Below, one piece after another: positions 20,850 to 30,760 of a stretch of 64,000 bases of DNA. This stretch comes from a bacterium. GTDB taxonomy: Bacteria > Patescibacteriota > Patescibacteriia > Patescibacteriales > GWC2-42-12. Made by a program: the position numbers and the translations under genes. Each line of letters begins with the position of its first letter. Positions within the stretch are counted from its first letter, which is position 1. The notes below the pieces were generated by a model, which was not told where the DNA came from, made no database searches, and worked only from the letters and a program-made list of their open reading frames with translations. The DNA lies in the NCBI GenBank assembly GCA_030650415.1, contig JAUSEG010000025.1, positions 11,916 to 75,915 of the forward strand, in the 5' to 3' direction.

Positions 20850-21380
20850 ATGCAACTACCCTATAGAAAAGCTGGAAAATATACTCATCTAAAGCCCGAC
20901 CAACATCTGACCGAAGCGAAGTACAACGAGCTTAAAAATAAGCTGGATCGGCTTAAATTTAATCGTCCAGGCGCGGCCAACGAGGTTAAGCGGCTGGCTG
21001 AATTCGGCGATTTTTCGGAAAACGCCGAATACCAAATCGCTAAAGGTCGTCTCCGAGGCATAAACCAAAGAATTCTGGAAATTGAAGATCATTTAAGGCG
21101 CGCGGTTATAATTAAGCCCAACAAAAACAGCAAAACGGTTCAATTAGGCTCAAACGTCACCGTTCTAATTGCCGGTACACCCCCACACTTATTTCATAAG
21201 TGTGGGGGTAAAGAAAAAACCTATTTAATCTTGGGTTCGGCGGAAACCAACCCGGGCCGCGGCGTTATCTCCAGACGCTCGCCAATCGGTTCGGCTCTTA
21301 TCGGCAAGAAAATCGGTGACCAGATAAAAATTAAACTGGCTGACAGGGTGGTGGAATATAAAATTATAAAAATTGAATAA
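20850..21380 (+). CDS. greA: GreA/GreB family elongation factor with an 11-aa palindrome-derived insertion
   Basis: GDFSENAEYQIAK, ISRRSPIGSALIGK; insertion TPPHLFHKCGG. Confidence 0.88.
   Translation: MQLPYRKAGKYTHLKPDQHLTEAKYNELKNKLDRLKFNRPGAANEVKRLAEFGDFSENAEYQIAKGRLRGINQRILEIEDHLRRAVIIKPNKNSKTVQLGSNVTVLIAGTPPHLFHKCGGKEKTYLILGSAETNPGRGVISRRSPIGSALIGKKIGDQIKIKLADRVVEYKIIKIE
21180..21208 (+). repeat. TAAA-tagged palindrome inserted in frame in greA
   Basis: taca-cccccacacttat-ttc-ataagtgtggggg-taaa; 29+4=33 bp. Confidence 0.85.
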
Positions 21381-21483
21381 CTTCAACTATAAAAAAGATC
21401 CTCGCCGCTTTTTCGCAACGAGGATGATCGGTGATTAAATCACCTTCAATACTTGCCGACGTCGGGGCGGCGGATTTGATAAA

Positions 21484-21729
21484 TCACTCGGGCACTCCAG
21501 TCATGGCTGGCGCCGAAGCGGAAGATCTAGTTGCGGCAGGCGTAGCCGCTGTTCCGCCACCTTGTCCATTCCTGACAATGGCTTCGTGAATTTCCTGCCG
21601 ATGCACCGGCAGTTGCGCCGGCGCTTGGATGCCCAATTTAACTGTGTCGCGATCAATTCTTAAGATCTTAACGATGATCTGTCCATCAATCACTATCGAC
21701 TCATTCAGCTTTCGACTCAATATTAACAT
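21484..21729 (-). CDS. csrA: Carbon storage regulator CsrA
   Basis: MLILSRKLNESIVIDGQIIVKILRIDRDTVKLGIQAPAQLPVHRQEI; promoter TGGACA(21826-21821)-17-TAGGAT(21803-21798); terminator 21391-21426. Confidence 0.92.
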   Translation of the reverse strand: MLILSRKLNESIVIDGQIIVKILRIDRDTVKLGIQAPAQLPVHRQEIHEAIVRNGQGGGTAATPAATRSSASAPAMTGVPE

Positions 21730-21978
21730 GTATTTCCTTTCACTTTTGTTTGTTTTGTTTGTCGCCGATCTTTGTCCAAAAAATGAACAACTGAATAATC
21801 CTAACACAAATTTACCTTATTGTCCAGAGTAGACTAGCCCCATTATTGCGCTATCGATTGATTCAATTAATCAACGGTCTAAACCTGTGATTTCACCCTC
21901 TCTCGACCAATTGATCGAGGGGGTTTAATATTATATTCCCCTCTGGAAAAATAATTAAAAGACGGCTATAATGCTATT

Positions 21979-23193
21979 ATGATAAATTTAGAAAAAATCA
22001 GACAAGACTTTCCCCTACTGCAAAAACCCATAAACGGCCGAAAAACCGTCTATTTTGATAATGCCTGCATGAGTTTAAAGCCCCTGTCCGTAATTAAAGC
22101 CATTAATGAATATTATTCTGACTACCCGGCTTGCGCCGGTCGAAGCTCTCATAGGCTCGGGGCGATTGTCACCCAAAAAGTCGCTGAAGCCAGAAAAAAG
22201 CTGGCTGAATTTATCGGCGCTAAAAAAACCGAAGAAATAATTTTTACCCGCAATACTACCGAAGGCATAAACTTAGTCGCCCACTCGCTTAAACTAAAAT
22301 CCGGCGACATAATTTTAGGCACTGATAAGGAGCATAATTCTAATCTCATCCCCTGGCAGATTCTGACAAAAAAAATTGGCGTGATCTATAAAGCCCTGCC
22401 GTCAAAATCGGATAATACTTTTGATTTGGAAAAATTTGAGTCCATGATGAGCGGTAAAATTAAGCTAGTCGCCATGGGGCAAACTTCCAATCTTGACGGC
22501 ACGAGCCTGCCGGCCAAAGAAATAATTAAAATCGCCCATCAGCATGGCGCCTTGGTTCTCTTGGACGCGGCTCAGACCGCGCCCCACAAAAAAATCAACG
22601 TGGTTGATTTGGCTGTTGATTTTCTGGCTTTCTCCGGGCATAAGATGCTCGGGCCGACCGGTACGGGCGTTCTATACGGCAAAAAATCCCTGCTGGAAAA
22701 TTTAGAACCGTTCTTAACCGGCGGCGAGACGGTTGAATATTCTACTTATGACGATCATAAATTATTGCCCATTCCGGAAAAATTTGAAGCCGGGCTTCAG
22801 GATTATGCCGGTATTATCGGCCTGGGCGTGGCAACCGATTATTTAAGAAGCATCGGCTATGAAAAGATTGCTGAACATGAATATAAATTAAATAAATATA
22901 TTACCGAAGAAATTTTAAAAATCCCCAAACTGAAAATCATCGGCCCGGCCGATCCGCGCTTAAGATCCGGCATAGTTTCTTTCTATATCGAAGGCATAGA
23001 CTCGCACCAAATCGCCATCTTGCTTGATGAAACCGCCAATATTATGATCCGCTCGGGCCAGCATTGCGTTCATTCTTGGTTTAACGCTAAAGGCATAAAA
23101 ACTTCGGCCAGAGCCTCGCTTTACTTTTATAACACCCTGGAAGAAGCGGAAATATTTGTAAAAAGTTTAAATAAAGTAATGAAAATTTTGTAA
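21979..23193 (+). CDS. sufS: SufS-type cysteine desulfurase (class V aminotransferase)
   Basis: YFDNA, FTRNTTEGIN, EHNSN, DAAQ, SGHKMLGPTG, RSGQHC. Confidence 0.88.
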   Translation: MINLEKIRQDFPLLQKPINGRKTVYFDNACMSLKPLSVIKAINEYYSDYPACAGRSSHRLGAIVTQKVAEARKKLAEFIGAKKTEEIIFTRNTTEGINLVAHSLKLKSGDIILGTDKEHNSNLIPWQILTKKIGVIYKALPSKSDNTFDLEKFESMMSGKIKLVAMGQTSNLDGTSLPAKEIIKIAHQHGALVLLDAAQTAPHKKINVVDLAVDFLAFSGHKMLGPTGTGVLYGKKSLLENLEPFLTGGETVEYSTYDDHKLLPIPEKFEAGLQDYAGIIGLGVATDYLRSIGYEKIAEHEYKLNKYITEEILKIPKLKIIGPADPRLRSGIVSFYIEGIDSHQIAILLDETANIMIRSGQHCVHSWFNAKGIKTSARASLYFYNTLEEAEIFVKSLNKVMKIL

Positions 23194-23204
23194 TTACCCT
23201 TATT

Positions 23205-23305
23205 TGTCATTGCGAGCGACCGCAGGGAACGAAGCAATCTCACGTACTTGGATATTAACCAGAGATTGCTTCGTCGCCACGAGTACGTGTCTCCTCGCAA
23301 TGACA
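23205..23305. repeat. TGTC-ended REP/RPE-like palindromic element
   Basis: tgtcattgcgag...gaagcaatct...agattgcttcg...ctcgcaatgaca. Confidence 0.9.
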
Positions 23306-23314
23306 GTCTAATAT

Positions 23315-24253
23315 ATGTTCTGCATCATCGCTTTAATCGTTTTCTCAATTTTAGGCATCTTCAGCGCCACCCATCGCGCCCTGGCGCTAGAGGCGCTTGA
23401 TTGTGTTTTCAGAAGAGTGACTCTTAGACCCTGCAACACGGGTTTTAAAGAAAGAGCCAAGAATAAAATCCTGGCTAAACTCTTAGAACGGTCGGAAATG
23501 GCCGCGCGATTATTCAATAAGCATTTTGAATTGCTTTCCTGGATTTTCTTTATTTTAATGATCACCAGCACTTTTTGGGTAGTTAAGGGCGGCTATAATT
23601 TTTATCTCTACGGCAGCTGCAACGGCTTGAATCAATCGGGCTTTTGCGCTTTTGACCCCAATGGTGAAAACAATAAAGTTACCCAGTTAAATAACCTCGG
23701 GATTTGCAGCCCGGAACAACAGAGTGAAAAAAATTTAACTCTTAACGGGGTGGATTTATCGACTTTTCCAAAAATAAACACCGATTCAAAAAATACCATT
23801 GTTTTTATCGGCTGTTATGAATGCGATTATAGCCGCAAAGCCTATCCGGAAATCCGCGAGCTCGCTAAAAAAGAAAAAGCCAATTTAATCTTTGCCCATT
23901 ATCCGGCTATAACCAATACCAGTTATTTATCAACCCTAAATTATTGCGCTTATAATAAAAATCCGGAGCAATTCTGGACCCTAAATGACTACTTATTCGC
24001 CGCCGATAAGGAAAAATTATTCGACCAAATTTTTATTGATCAAGCTTTAGCGCAATTCGATTTTAATGCCGCTGAAATCAATCAATGCGTGAATAGCGCT
24101 GAAACTAAGGCGGCCACCGGAGCTCAATTCCAAGAGCTTAAAAAAACCGGCCTCTACGGCACGCCCACAATTTTCATCAATGGCCAAGTCTTCGTCGGCC
24201 CCAAGCCCTATCGCGTCTACCGTAGCGCCCTCAAAAAATTCATTTTCTTTTAA
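23315..24253 (+). CDS. Membrane-anchored DsbA/thioredoxin-fold protein
   Basis: CYECDYS (CxxS-type site), GTPTIFING. Confidence 0.75.
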   Translation: MFCIIALIVFSILGIFSATHRALALEALDCVFRRVTLRPCNTGFKERAKNKILAKLLERSEMAARLFNKHFELLSWIFFILMITSTFWVVKGGYNFYLYGSCNGLNQSGFCAFDPNGENNKVTQLNNLGICSPEQQSEKNLTLNGVDLSTFPKINTDSKNTIVFIGCYECDYSRKAYPEIRELAKKEKANLIFAHYPAITNTSYLSTLNYCAYNKNPEQFWTLNDYLFAADKEKLFDQIFIDQALAQFDFNAAEINQCVNSAETKAATGAQFQELKKTGLYGTPTIFINGQVFVGPKPYRVYRSALKKFIFF

Positions 24254-24400
24254 ATCGCCATTAATGTCAGCCGAATCAAAAAACACCGTTCGCCGCGGTG
24301 TTTTTTAAATTCTAAATTTTTTAAAAAAAGAGGACGAGCAAAGGTTGGTTCTTCCAACGATCGCTCGTCCAAGTTAAAATTGCTATCCGCCGTGGGCGGA

Positions 24401-25045
24401 CTAAACGTTCCATCTCAGCGCCTTACGACGCTCTGACTGTTCGTCGAGATGGAACCGTTCCATCAAATTCGTAACGCCCAACTGCTGGGCAACGTGAAAG
24501 TTAACGCCGTCCCATTCGGCCTGATAGTCGTAATGGGCTCCATGACGCAACCCGTTTTTAACCCATTCGAATTTTGCTCCGGGCTGACAAAGCAATACCG
24601 GATATTCCATCTCTATGGCGAGTCGGGCGCCGCCGCCTCTGAGCCGCACGGAGCGAAAAACAATTCCCTGTCCAAGCCTGGTTACTTCCTGATTCCAACC
24701 GAACAGAGTGGCCGTCTCCTCTGTTTCTGAATACATGTCGAGAAGACAGACGCACCCGCCGTCGTGGGTTAGCGAGTTGGGTCGACGGCAGAGAACGCGA
24801 ACAGGATTGGCCAGAGCATCACTTTTCGGAGGATTAGCCAACCTGAGGATATATTCCATTTGTTGCCAGTCAATCGCGTTTCCAACGGGAAAACTGTCCT
24901 TGCTCATGTCAAAGCGGTACGGGTACGCTTTTTTCACTTTCGAACGACAAGCTGGTCCATGAAAAATAGCGAAACGTTTTTCTCCAGGTGACCGCTCTGG
25001 AATTGCAATCGACGATCCCAACTCTGTAACTCTGAGTACTTTCAT
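24401..25045 (-). CDS. Hypothetical protein (stand-alone GC-shifted cassette)
   Basis: 214-aa ORF; promoter TTGATT(25190-25185)-17-TATGAT; A/C-rich leader; terminator 24322-24370. Confidence 0.6.
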   Translation of the reverse strand: MKVLRVTELGSSIAIPERSPGEKRFAIFHGPACRSKVKKAYPYRFDMSKDSFPVGNAIDWQQMEYILRLANPPKSDALANPVRVLCRRPNSLTHDGGCVCLLDMYSETEETATLFGWNQEVTRLGQGIVFRSVRLRGGGARLAIEMEYPVLLCQPGAKFEWVKNGLRHGAHYDYQAEWDGVNFHVAQQLGVTNLMERFHLDEQSERRKALRWNV

Positions 25046-25196
25046 TTTTGTTTATGGTGTTTTCCTTGTTTTGAGGATTCGTTGTGTGTTTTATCTTCTC
25101 GCGCCTCCAAAGCGCAAGAAGCGATTCCTCTAACAAAGATTTTTGGCCTATGCCGAAATCCATCATACCATAATCACTGATAAAAATCAACCCCCT

Positions 25197-26499
25197 CGCA
25201 TTGAGACATAAATAATGTTACTTTGCTCCAATCGGTTGGGACATATAAGATGTTACCGTAACTATTAATAAATAATTACGGCAACTATATGACCAATATG
25301 ACTAAGAAGGAGTTAGCTAAGGTAACTAGAGCCAGATATGGACTGGCCGACAGATCGGTTAAAACATTCATGCTCAACGAATTCTGCGGTAACACCGAAT
25401 ATCACAGAAAGTACGCCATCAAGTTATTTAATCATCCGCCTAAAGAGAATAAGCGCAAAGTCGGTCGAAGGAAAAAGTATGACTCAGGGCTATTTGCCGA
25501 TGCGATAATCCCGATTTGGGAACTATTAGACTATCCCTGCGGCTCCAGATTACAGCCGGAATTAATTAATATGGCCGAGGCCATGGCCAGGTCGGATGAA
25601 ATCGAATTAACCGAAGAGACAAAGGATCAATTAAAAACGATATCTGGAAAAACTTTGGACAGAAGATTGAAAAAGGAAATAATTATCAGGAAGCTAAATA
25701 GGAGCCGCGGCACGACCAGACATGGCTCATTGCTCAAATCATCAATACCAATTAGATTAACGGAGTGGAATCGGCAAGAACTGGGATTTGGCGAAATGGA
25801 CACCGTAGCTCATAATGGCGGCGATCCGAGCGGCGAATTCATTTATTCGCTGGATTTAGTGGAGATTTCGAGCGGTTGGAGCGAACAATACGCGGTGATG
25901 GGCAAGGGTGAAAGAGGGGTGGTAATGGCGATTGATAGCATTAAAAATGGTTTGCCGTTTAAATTGACCGGGCTAGACTCAGATTCTGGCGGAGAGTTCA
26001 TCAATTGGCATTTAGTTAGATACTGCGAGAATAATAATTTGTATTTTACCCGTTCCCGCCCCTACATGAAAAACGACAATGCCTATGTGGAGCAGAAAAA
26101 TAATACTCACATTCGAAAACTACTAGGCTATGAACGATTTGATAATTTCGCGCAATTAGAATTAATGAATGATCTATACCGGAATGAATGGCGGTTATTC
26201 AGCAACTTTTTCAGGCCGGTGATGAAAATTGAGCGGAAAGAGAAAGTAAATAATTCGCTTTGCCGTAAAATATATGATACTGCCAAAACGCCCTATCGGA
26301 GATTAATGGAATCGGGTCAGATCAGTGAAGAGCAAAAAACCAAATTGAGAGAATTGTATTTATCTTTGAATCCGGTACAATTGAAAAATAGCATTAATGA
26401 AAAAGTAAAAATTATCCGTAAATCGGGAGAACGGCAGAGTAAGATAATTAATGTCCCAACCGTAAACGCCAAAGTAACATTATTAAATGTCTAAATGCG
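25197..26499 (+). mobile_element. Insertion sequence, 1303 bp (rve/DDE transposase, ISNCY-like), with ~29-bp TIRs and 6-bp target duplication CCCCCT
   Basis: IRL cgcattgagacataaataatgttactttg; IRR caaagtaacattattaaatgtctaaatgcg; ccccct at 25191-25196 and 26500-26505; subterminal cggttgggacat/atgtcccaaccg. Confidence 0.92.
25289..26494 (+). CDS. DDE (integrase core) transposase
   Basis: EMDTVAHNG, LDSDSGGEFIN, RSRPYMKNDNAYVEQKN. Confidence 0.92.
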   Translation: MTNMTKKELAKVTRARYGLADRSVKTFMLNEFCGNTEYHRKYAIKLFNHPPKENKRKVGRRKKYDSGLFADAIIPIWELLDYPCGSRLQPELINMAEAMARSDEIELTEETKDQLKTISGKTLDRRLKKEIIIRKLNRSRGTTRHGSLLKSSIPIRLTEWNRQELGFGEMDTVAHNGGDPSGEFIYSLDLVEISSGWSEQYAVMGKGERGVVMAIDSIKNGLPFKLTGLDSDSGGEFINWHLVRYCENNNLYFTRSRPYMKNDNAYVEQKNNTHIRKLLGYERFDNFAQLELMNDLYRNEWRLFSNFFRPVMKIERKEKVNNSLCRKIYDTAKTPYRRLMESGQISEEQKTKLRELYLSLNPVQLKNSINEKVKIIRKSGERQSKIINVPTVNAKVTLLNV

Positions 26500-26599
26500 C
26501 CCCCTGAAATCCAAAAAAGTTGACTAAAGCAATTTTTTACACTATAATTTTTTTAGTCCGTCTAAGGACTTTTTTAATTAAAAACTGGCCATTTAATCT

Positions 26600-26674
26600 G
26601 GCCCCATCGTCTAATGGTTAGGACACCAGCTTTTCAAGCTGAGAATCGGGGTTCGATTCCCCGTGGGGCTACCA
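26600..26674 (+). tRNA. tRNA-Glu (TTC)
   Basis: GGCCCCA/TGGGGCT acceptor stem, anticodon loop TT-TTC-AA, GGTTCGATTCC T arm, encoded CCA. Confidence 0.95.
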
Positions 26675-26848
26675 AACTTTACTCATCTGCTTTAATATAT
26701 AATTATTATGCTAATAAGAAAAAACACTAAAACTTGGTCGAGTTTTAAAAAAAGTCTTAGGTAATTTTAATTGCCTAGGGTCGTTTTTACATTAAAACTC
26801 GCCCTTAGGGGCATTTTTTATTTAATTAACTATTAAAGCCATATATTT

Positions 26849-27571
26849 ATGTATTCAGAAAAAATAAACCCCGTTAGAAAAATGTCATTTACACCATTAG
26901 AAAAAATTTCTAATAAATTTTCTAACGGGGTAAATTTTAAAATAATTATCGCCCTGACTCTCTATCTGGTTTCGCTCTTCGCCTCTAACACTCTCGGCCT
27001 TAAACTCATGCCCTTTTTCTTCGGCACTCATCTATCGGTCGCGGTTTTTTTCTTTCCCTTTGTTTTTTTGACCACCGACGTCATCGGGCAGGTCTATGGC
27101 AAACCAATGGCTAAAAATTTTGTTTGGGCCGGTTTTTTGTCCATTCTGATATTTTTAATCTACTCGGTTATTTCCATAATGGCGCCTTGGTCTGGAGATA
27201 ATTTTATGCCTAAAGAATGGTTTGACACGATTTTCGGCGTTTCTTTCCGCATGTCTATAGCTTCGCTCCTCGCCTACATTATCGGCGAATACCAGGATAT
27301 TCTATCGTTTTTCTTTTTCAAAAACAAAATGAACGTAAAAGCTTTCTGGTTAAGATCTAATTTATCAAATCTCTGGTCGCAATTAATCGATACCCTGATT
27401 TTCATGTTTGTAGCTTTCCTGGGAATTTATTCGGTCAAAACCATTCTCTTAATCAGCCTGCCCTGGTGGCTTTATAAAGTCGGCATGGGCCTAATCTATA
27501 CCCCGCTTTCTTATTTAGGAATATATTTACTGCAACATGAAAATTCAAGCGATAAAAACCAGAATATTTAA
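26849..27571 (+). CDS. YhhQ/VUT family (queuosine precursor/vitamin) transporter with a 22-aa palindrome-derived N-terminal insertion
   Basis: FPFVFLTTDVIGQVYG, RMSIASLLAY, WLRSNLSNLWSQLIDT. Confidence 0.88.
   Translation: MYSEKINPVRKMSFTPLEKISNKFSNGVNFKIIIALTLYLVSLFASNTLGLKLMPFFFGTHLSVAVFFFPFVFLTTDVIGQVYGKPMAKNFVWAGFLSILIFLIYSVISIMAPWSGDNFMPKEWFDTIFGVSFRMSIASLLAYIIGEYQDILSFFFFKNKMNVKAFWLRSNLSNLWSQLIDTLIFMFVAFLGIYSVKTILLISLPWWLYKVGMGLIYTPLSYLGIYLLQHENSSDKNQNI
26869..26930 (+). repeat. CCCCGTTAGA/TCTAACGGGG element flanked by TAAA, in frame
   Basis: taaa-ccccgttagaaaa...ttttctaacgggg-taaa; 62+4=66 bp. Confidence 0.88.
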
Positions 27572-28244
27572 ACCCGCTGAAAAACTTTTGCCGTTTATAG
27601 AAAGCTATGTTTCGGCCATCCAAGAAAAAACTATTTTAGTCGTCACTTCGAAAATCGTGGCGCTGTCCGAGGGCCGGATAGTAAAAAAGTTTAATGAAAA
27701 AACCAAGCTTGCAATCATTAAGCGCGAAAGCGACTTTATTCTGCCAACTAAATTCGTTTACTTAACGATTAAGGACGGCGTAATCATGGCTAACGCCGGA
27801 ATCGATGAATCGAACGCCAACGGCCAAATTATCTTACTGCCGAAAGACAGCTTTAAAGCGGCGAACGAAATCAGAAATTACTTCAGAAAAAAATACCAGC
27901 TGAAAAATTTCGGCGTTTTATTAACCGATAGCCGCTGTTTGCCTCTGCGCGCCGGCATAGTCGGCGTGGCTTTAGGCTATGCCGGCTTCAAAGGCTTAAA
28001 AGACTATCGCCGACGCCGGGATATTTTTAATCGGCCATTTAAATATTCTCGAGTTGATGTGGCTGATTCGCTGGCCACGGCCGCGGTGCTTTGCATGGGC
28101 GAGGGCGATGAAAAACAGCCTCTTGCGGTTATCACCGACGCGCCGGTTCAATATACTAACAGAACAAATAAGCACGAACTGAAAATAGATATTAGGGAAG
28201 ATCTGTATGGACCGATGTTTAAAGCTATAGGAAAGAAAAAATAG
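27537..28244 (+). CDS. CofE/F420-0:gamma-glutamyl ligase family protein (FolC2-like)
   Basis: VVTSKIVALSEGR, ANAGIDESN, DSRCLPLRAG, MGEGDEKQP. Confidence 0.88.
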   Translation: MKIQAIKTRIFKPAEKLLPFIESYVSAIQEKTILVVTSKIVALSEGRIVKKFNEKTKLAIIKRESDFILPTKFVYLTIKDGVIMANAGIDESNANGQIILLPKDSFKAANEIRNYFRKKYQLKNFGVLLTDSRCLPLRAGIVGVALGYAGFKGLKDYRRRRDIFNRPFKYSRVDVADSLATAAVLCMGEGDEKQPLAVITDAPVQYTNRTNKHELKIDIREDLYGPMFKAIGKKK

Positions 28245-28503
28245 GCAGGAATTTTGGTTTAGCCATATTAAATATTTTATCCAAGAAAAAACGCGCATGG
28301 CCTGAGAGCTGTGCGCGTTATTTGTAGGTTTTATTTGGGACCAACGAACCCTTGGATTGAAAAAACAAAGATGAGAGAGCGGCACGAGGCTTGTTAGCAA
28401 CTAACTCGCGCCGCCCCACGATTTCCTTCAAACGAAGGTTCGTAATCTCCATTGCCTTTCGGCGTGCCGAATTTCCGAAACCCGGCGAAAGTGATTTTCC
28501 GCT

Positions 28504-28968
28504 TTATGGAAGCGGTAGAATGGTGGTCCCCTCCAGCCCGTTCTCCAATTGCTCCTCGGTCGGATACCAGTAGGCTGCATCTACTGGGACACCGACCAGC
28601 GACCGACGGACCATGATGCCTCTTGCACCGGCGATTGACCTCGCCCTCTCATACTCCTTGGTCATGAGGTTGCCGGTGACCATCACCAGTAACCTATTCC
28701 TTAGTGCTTCTGACAGCACTCTTTTTTCCAGAAGCTCCCAATTATCGATGACCACGACCGATATTCCGGCTCCGAGTATGACCTCGTGGCCAACACCCTC
28801 AAACTGTTTAGTTATCCACGAACCTGTAAACACAGGCTGGCTTACACCAATTTTTTGCCCCCAGGATCCCTCAGTACGGAAGTTCTCTAGGAGAACACTC
28901 CATCCCCCAGAAAAACCTCCGAAGTTGGAATAATAGGAACGCATATCTTCTGTTGTGTTGAATTTCAT
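28504..28968 (-). CDS. Hypothetical protein (stand-alone GC-shifted cassette)
   Basis: ORF with A/C-rich leader; promoter TTGACA(29209-29204)-17-TATCAT; leader hairpin 29081-29137; terminator 28284-28319. Confidence 0.55.
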   Translation of the reverse strand: MKFNTTEDMRSYYSNFGGFSGGWSVLLENFRTEGSWGQKIGVSQPVFTGSWITKQFEGVGHEVILGAGISVVVIDNWELLEKRVLSEALRNRLLVMVTGNLMTKEYERARSIAGARGIMVRRSLVGVPVDAAYWYPTEEQLENGLEGTTILPLP

Positions 28969-29302
28969 AGCAATGGAGTTTTTTGTTCTGTTTTCGGTTT
29001 TATTTAAAGACCAAACGGTAGTAACATACCGCGTTGCCAGTTCTGCCATGCGCAGTTACTGACAGCTTACTTTTCCCACCAAGTAAAGGCGGACATTTAG
29101 GCGCATAAATTATCCGCCCGAATATCTGCCTTCACTTAATGGCTAATTTTTTAAAGTCCAATCTTCAAAAGTATTATTAAATGATAGCATACTTTCTTAA
29201 TATTGTCAAGTAAAAAACACTAAAATTTACTAATATTAGCTAATTTATATAAAAGTCGATACAACAAAAAAACAGGACCTTTAAATTCCTGTTTTTCTGC
29301 TC

Positions 29303-29497
29303 TTATTTTTTCTCTTCTCCGCTCTTCTCAGAATGCCAGCCGCAGCAGCTATCCCCGCTTTTCTTTTTCATCATGTAAAGACCAGCCAAAATTAAAATTA
29401 CCGGCCAGATAATCGACCAATTTAATACCGGGATCAAATTCAAATTTTCCAAAAGGAAAATCGTTCCTAAGATAATCAATAGCCATGGCATCATCAT
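29303..29497 (-). CDS. Small membrane protein (DUF5668/LiaF-TM-like)
   Basis: LIILGTIFLLENL...WSIIWPVILILAG. Confidence 0.7.
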   Translation of the reverse strand: MMMPWLLIILGTIFLLENLNLIPVLNWSIIWPVILILAGLYMMKKKSGDSCCGWHSEKSGEEKK

Positions 29498-29555
29498 AAA
29501 TTTTATGTTTAATAATTAATATTACTTTTTTCAATTGCCAGGACTATCAATTTTT

Positions 29556-29678
29556 TGTCATGCTGGAGCGAAACGAAGTGAAGCGATAGCATCTCACTGT
29601 TCACGAGTCTTTCACGAGATTCTATCGGTCGCTCCGCTCCCTCCAGAATGACAGCAAAAACGGCCGCTCGCAATGACA
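29556..29678. repeat. TGTC-ended palindromic element plus an extra right half
   Basis: tgtcatgctggagcg...gatagcatctc...gagattctatc...ctccagaatgaca; related to 51548-51634. Confidence 0.88.
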
Positions 29679-29686
29679 TATAGAAA

Positions 29687-30760
29687 TTATTCTCCCAATT
29701 CCTTCTTAAACCAATCCACCCAGGGAATTTTTACCGGATTAACATTATTCAGCATGGCCAAATAATAGGTTACCCAAGAGCCGAACTGCAGCATCTCAAA
29801 AGCCTGCTCCAGCTTAGTGGCGCCGGATAGCTTATGCTCAATATACTTTATGCCATTTTTCTTAACTATCTTCTTGGTTAAGTGCGCCCTCTTTATTACC
29901 CGAGGATGATAGAACGGCGAATCAATAAAGAAAAAAGCTAAATTGTCATTGTTGCTCTTCGGATTAGCCAGACTTTCCAGGGCAAAATGATTCATATCAG
30001 GCAATTCCAAAAAACAGGCGAAATTCTTACTGGTTTCGTTAAATTGATTTCTTATTATTTTTAAATTACCAACTAAAAACTCCGCACCCACGATTACCGG
30101 TATTTTGTTGGATAATTCAATAGCCGCCTGCTTAGCCAAATTAGTTTTAATCGGCTCGCTTATTTTTAATTTAACATTAGAAGATTCTAAACTATCAATA
30201 ATTTTTTCTATCTCTTTAATTTCAATTTCCAGTAATCCGGCTCGAGAGAGTAGCCTGGCTACGCCAAGAACCGAATAACCTAAACCCATCCTGGGCTGGC
30301 CGCTAGGATTTTTGTCCGTCTTAAAAGTTAGCCCCGGAATCTTGTCTTTTTTCATGAGTCGCGACAGCCGGCTATCGCCCTGTTCGCAGATGGCAATAAT
30401 TTTAGCGCCGCGTTTTTTCATCTCCGGATAAACGCTCAAAACTTCTTCGGTGTTACCCGAATAAGAAGAAAACAAATACAAGGTATTCTTATCGACAGAA
30501 GCCGGAACTTCGTAGCCAGGAGTAATAGTAATCGGCGCTTTTATTCTGTCATTCAAGGCCGCACTGATCATACTGACGCCAATATTCGATCCGCCCATAC
30601 CGTTTACCACTACCTGCGTTACCCGGTCATATGCTGGCGGCAGCTTAATTAAATCGGCCTGTTCTAAAAGCTCTTTCATCTGTAAAGTTAAAGATTCAAT
30701 CGACTCGGCGACCCGGCCTAAATCTAATTTTTTATATAACTTTTGATCGTCTAAATTCAT
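29687..30760 (-). CDS. Bifunctional phosphoglucose/phosphomannose isomerase (SIS domain)
   Basis: GMGGS, SYSGNTEE, QPR, NETSK, PDMNH. Confidence 0.88.
   Translation of the reverse strand: MNLDDQKLYKKLDLGRVAESIESLTLQMKELLEQADLIKLPPAYDRVTQVVVNGMGGSNIGVSMISAALNDRIKAPITITPGYEVPASVDKNTLYLFSSYSGNTEEVLSVYPEMKKRGAKIIAICEQGDSRLSRLMKKDKIPGLTFKTDKNPSGQPRMGLGYSVLGVARLLSRAGLLEIEIKEIEKIIDSLESSNVKLKISEPIKTNLAKQAAIELSNKIPVIVGAEFLVGNLKIIRNQFNETSKNFACFLELPDMNHFALESLANPKSNNDNLAFFFIDSPFYHPRVIKRAHLTKKIVKKNGIKYIEHKLSGATKLEQAFEMLQFGSWVTYYLAMLNNVNPVKIPWVDWFKKELGE

Noticed and set aside
21730..21807. Longer N-termini called by the ORF track for csrA, and for 29049, 59857, 35926, 34902 and 52742
   Set aside because: The extensions run through promoters, leaders or upstream genes; homology begins at the downstream ATG.
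25289..26494. This transposase as mobiliser of the palindromic elements
   Set aside because: Its TIRs and 6-bp target duplication share no sequence with the TAAA-, CYTG- or TGTC-type ends.
26700..26848. preQ1 riboswitch upstream of the YhhQ-family gene
   Set aside because: The class I pattern (short stem with GTTC-type loop and A-rich tail) was not found; only a generic hairpin.
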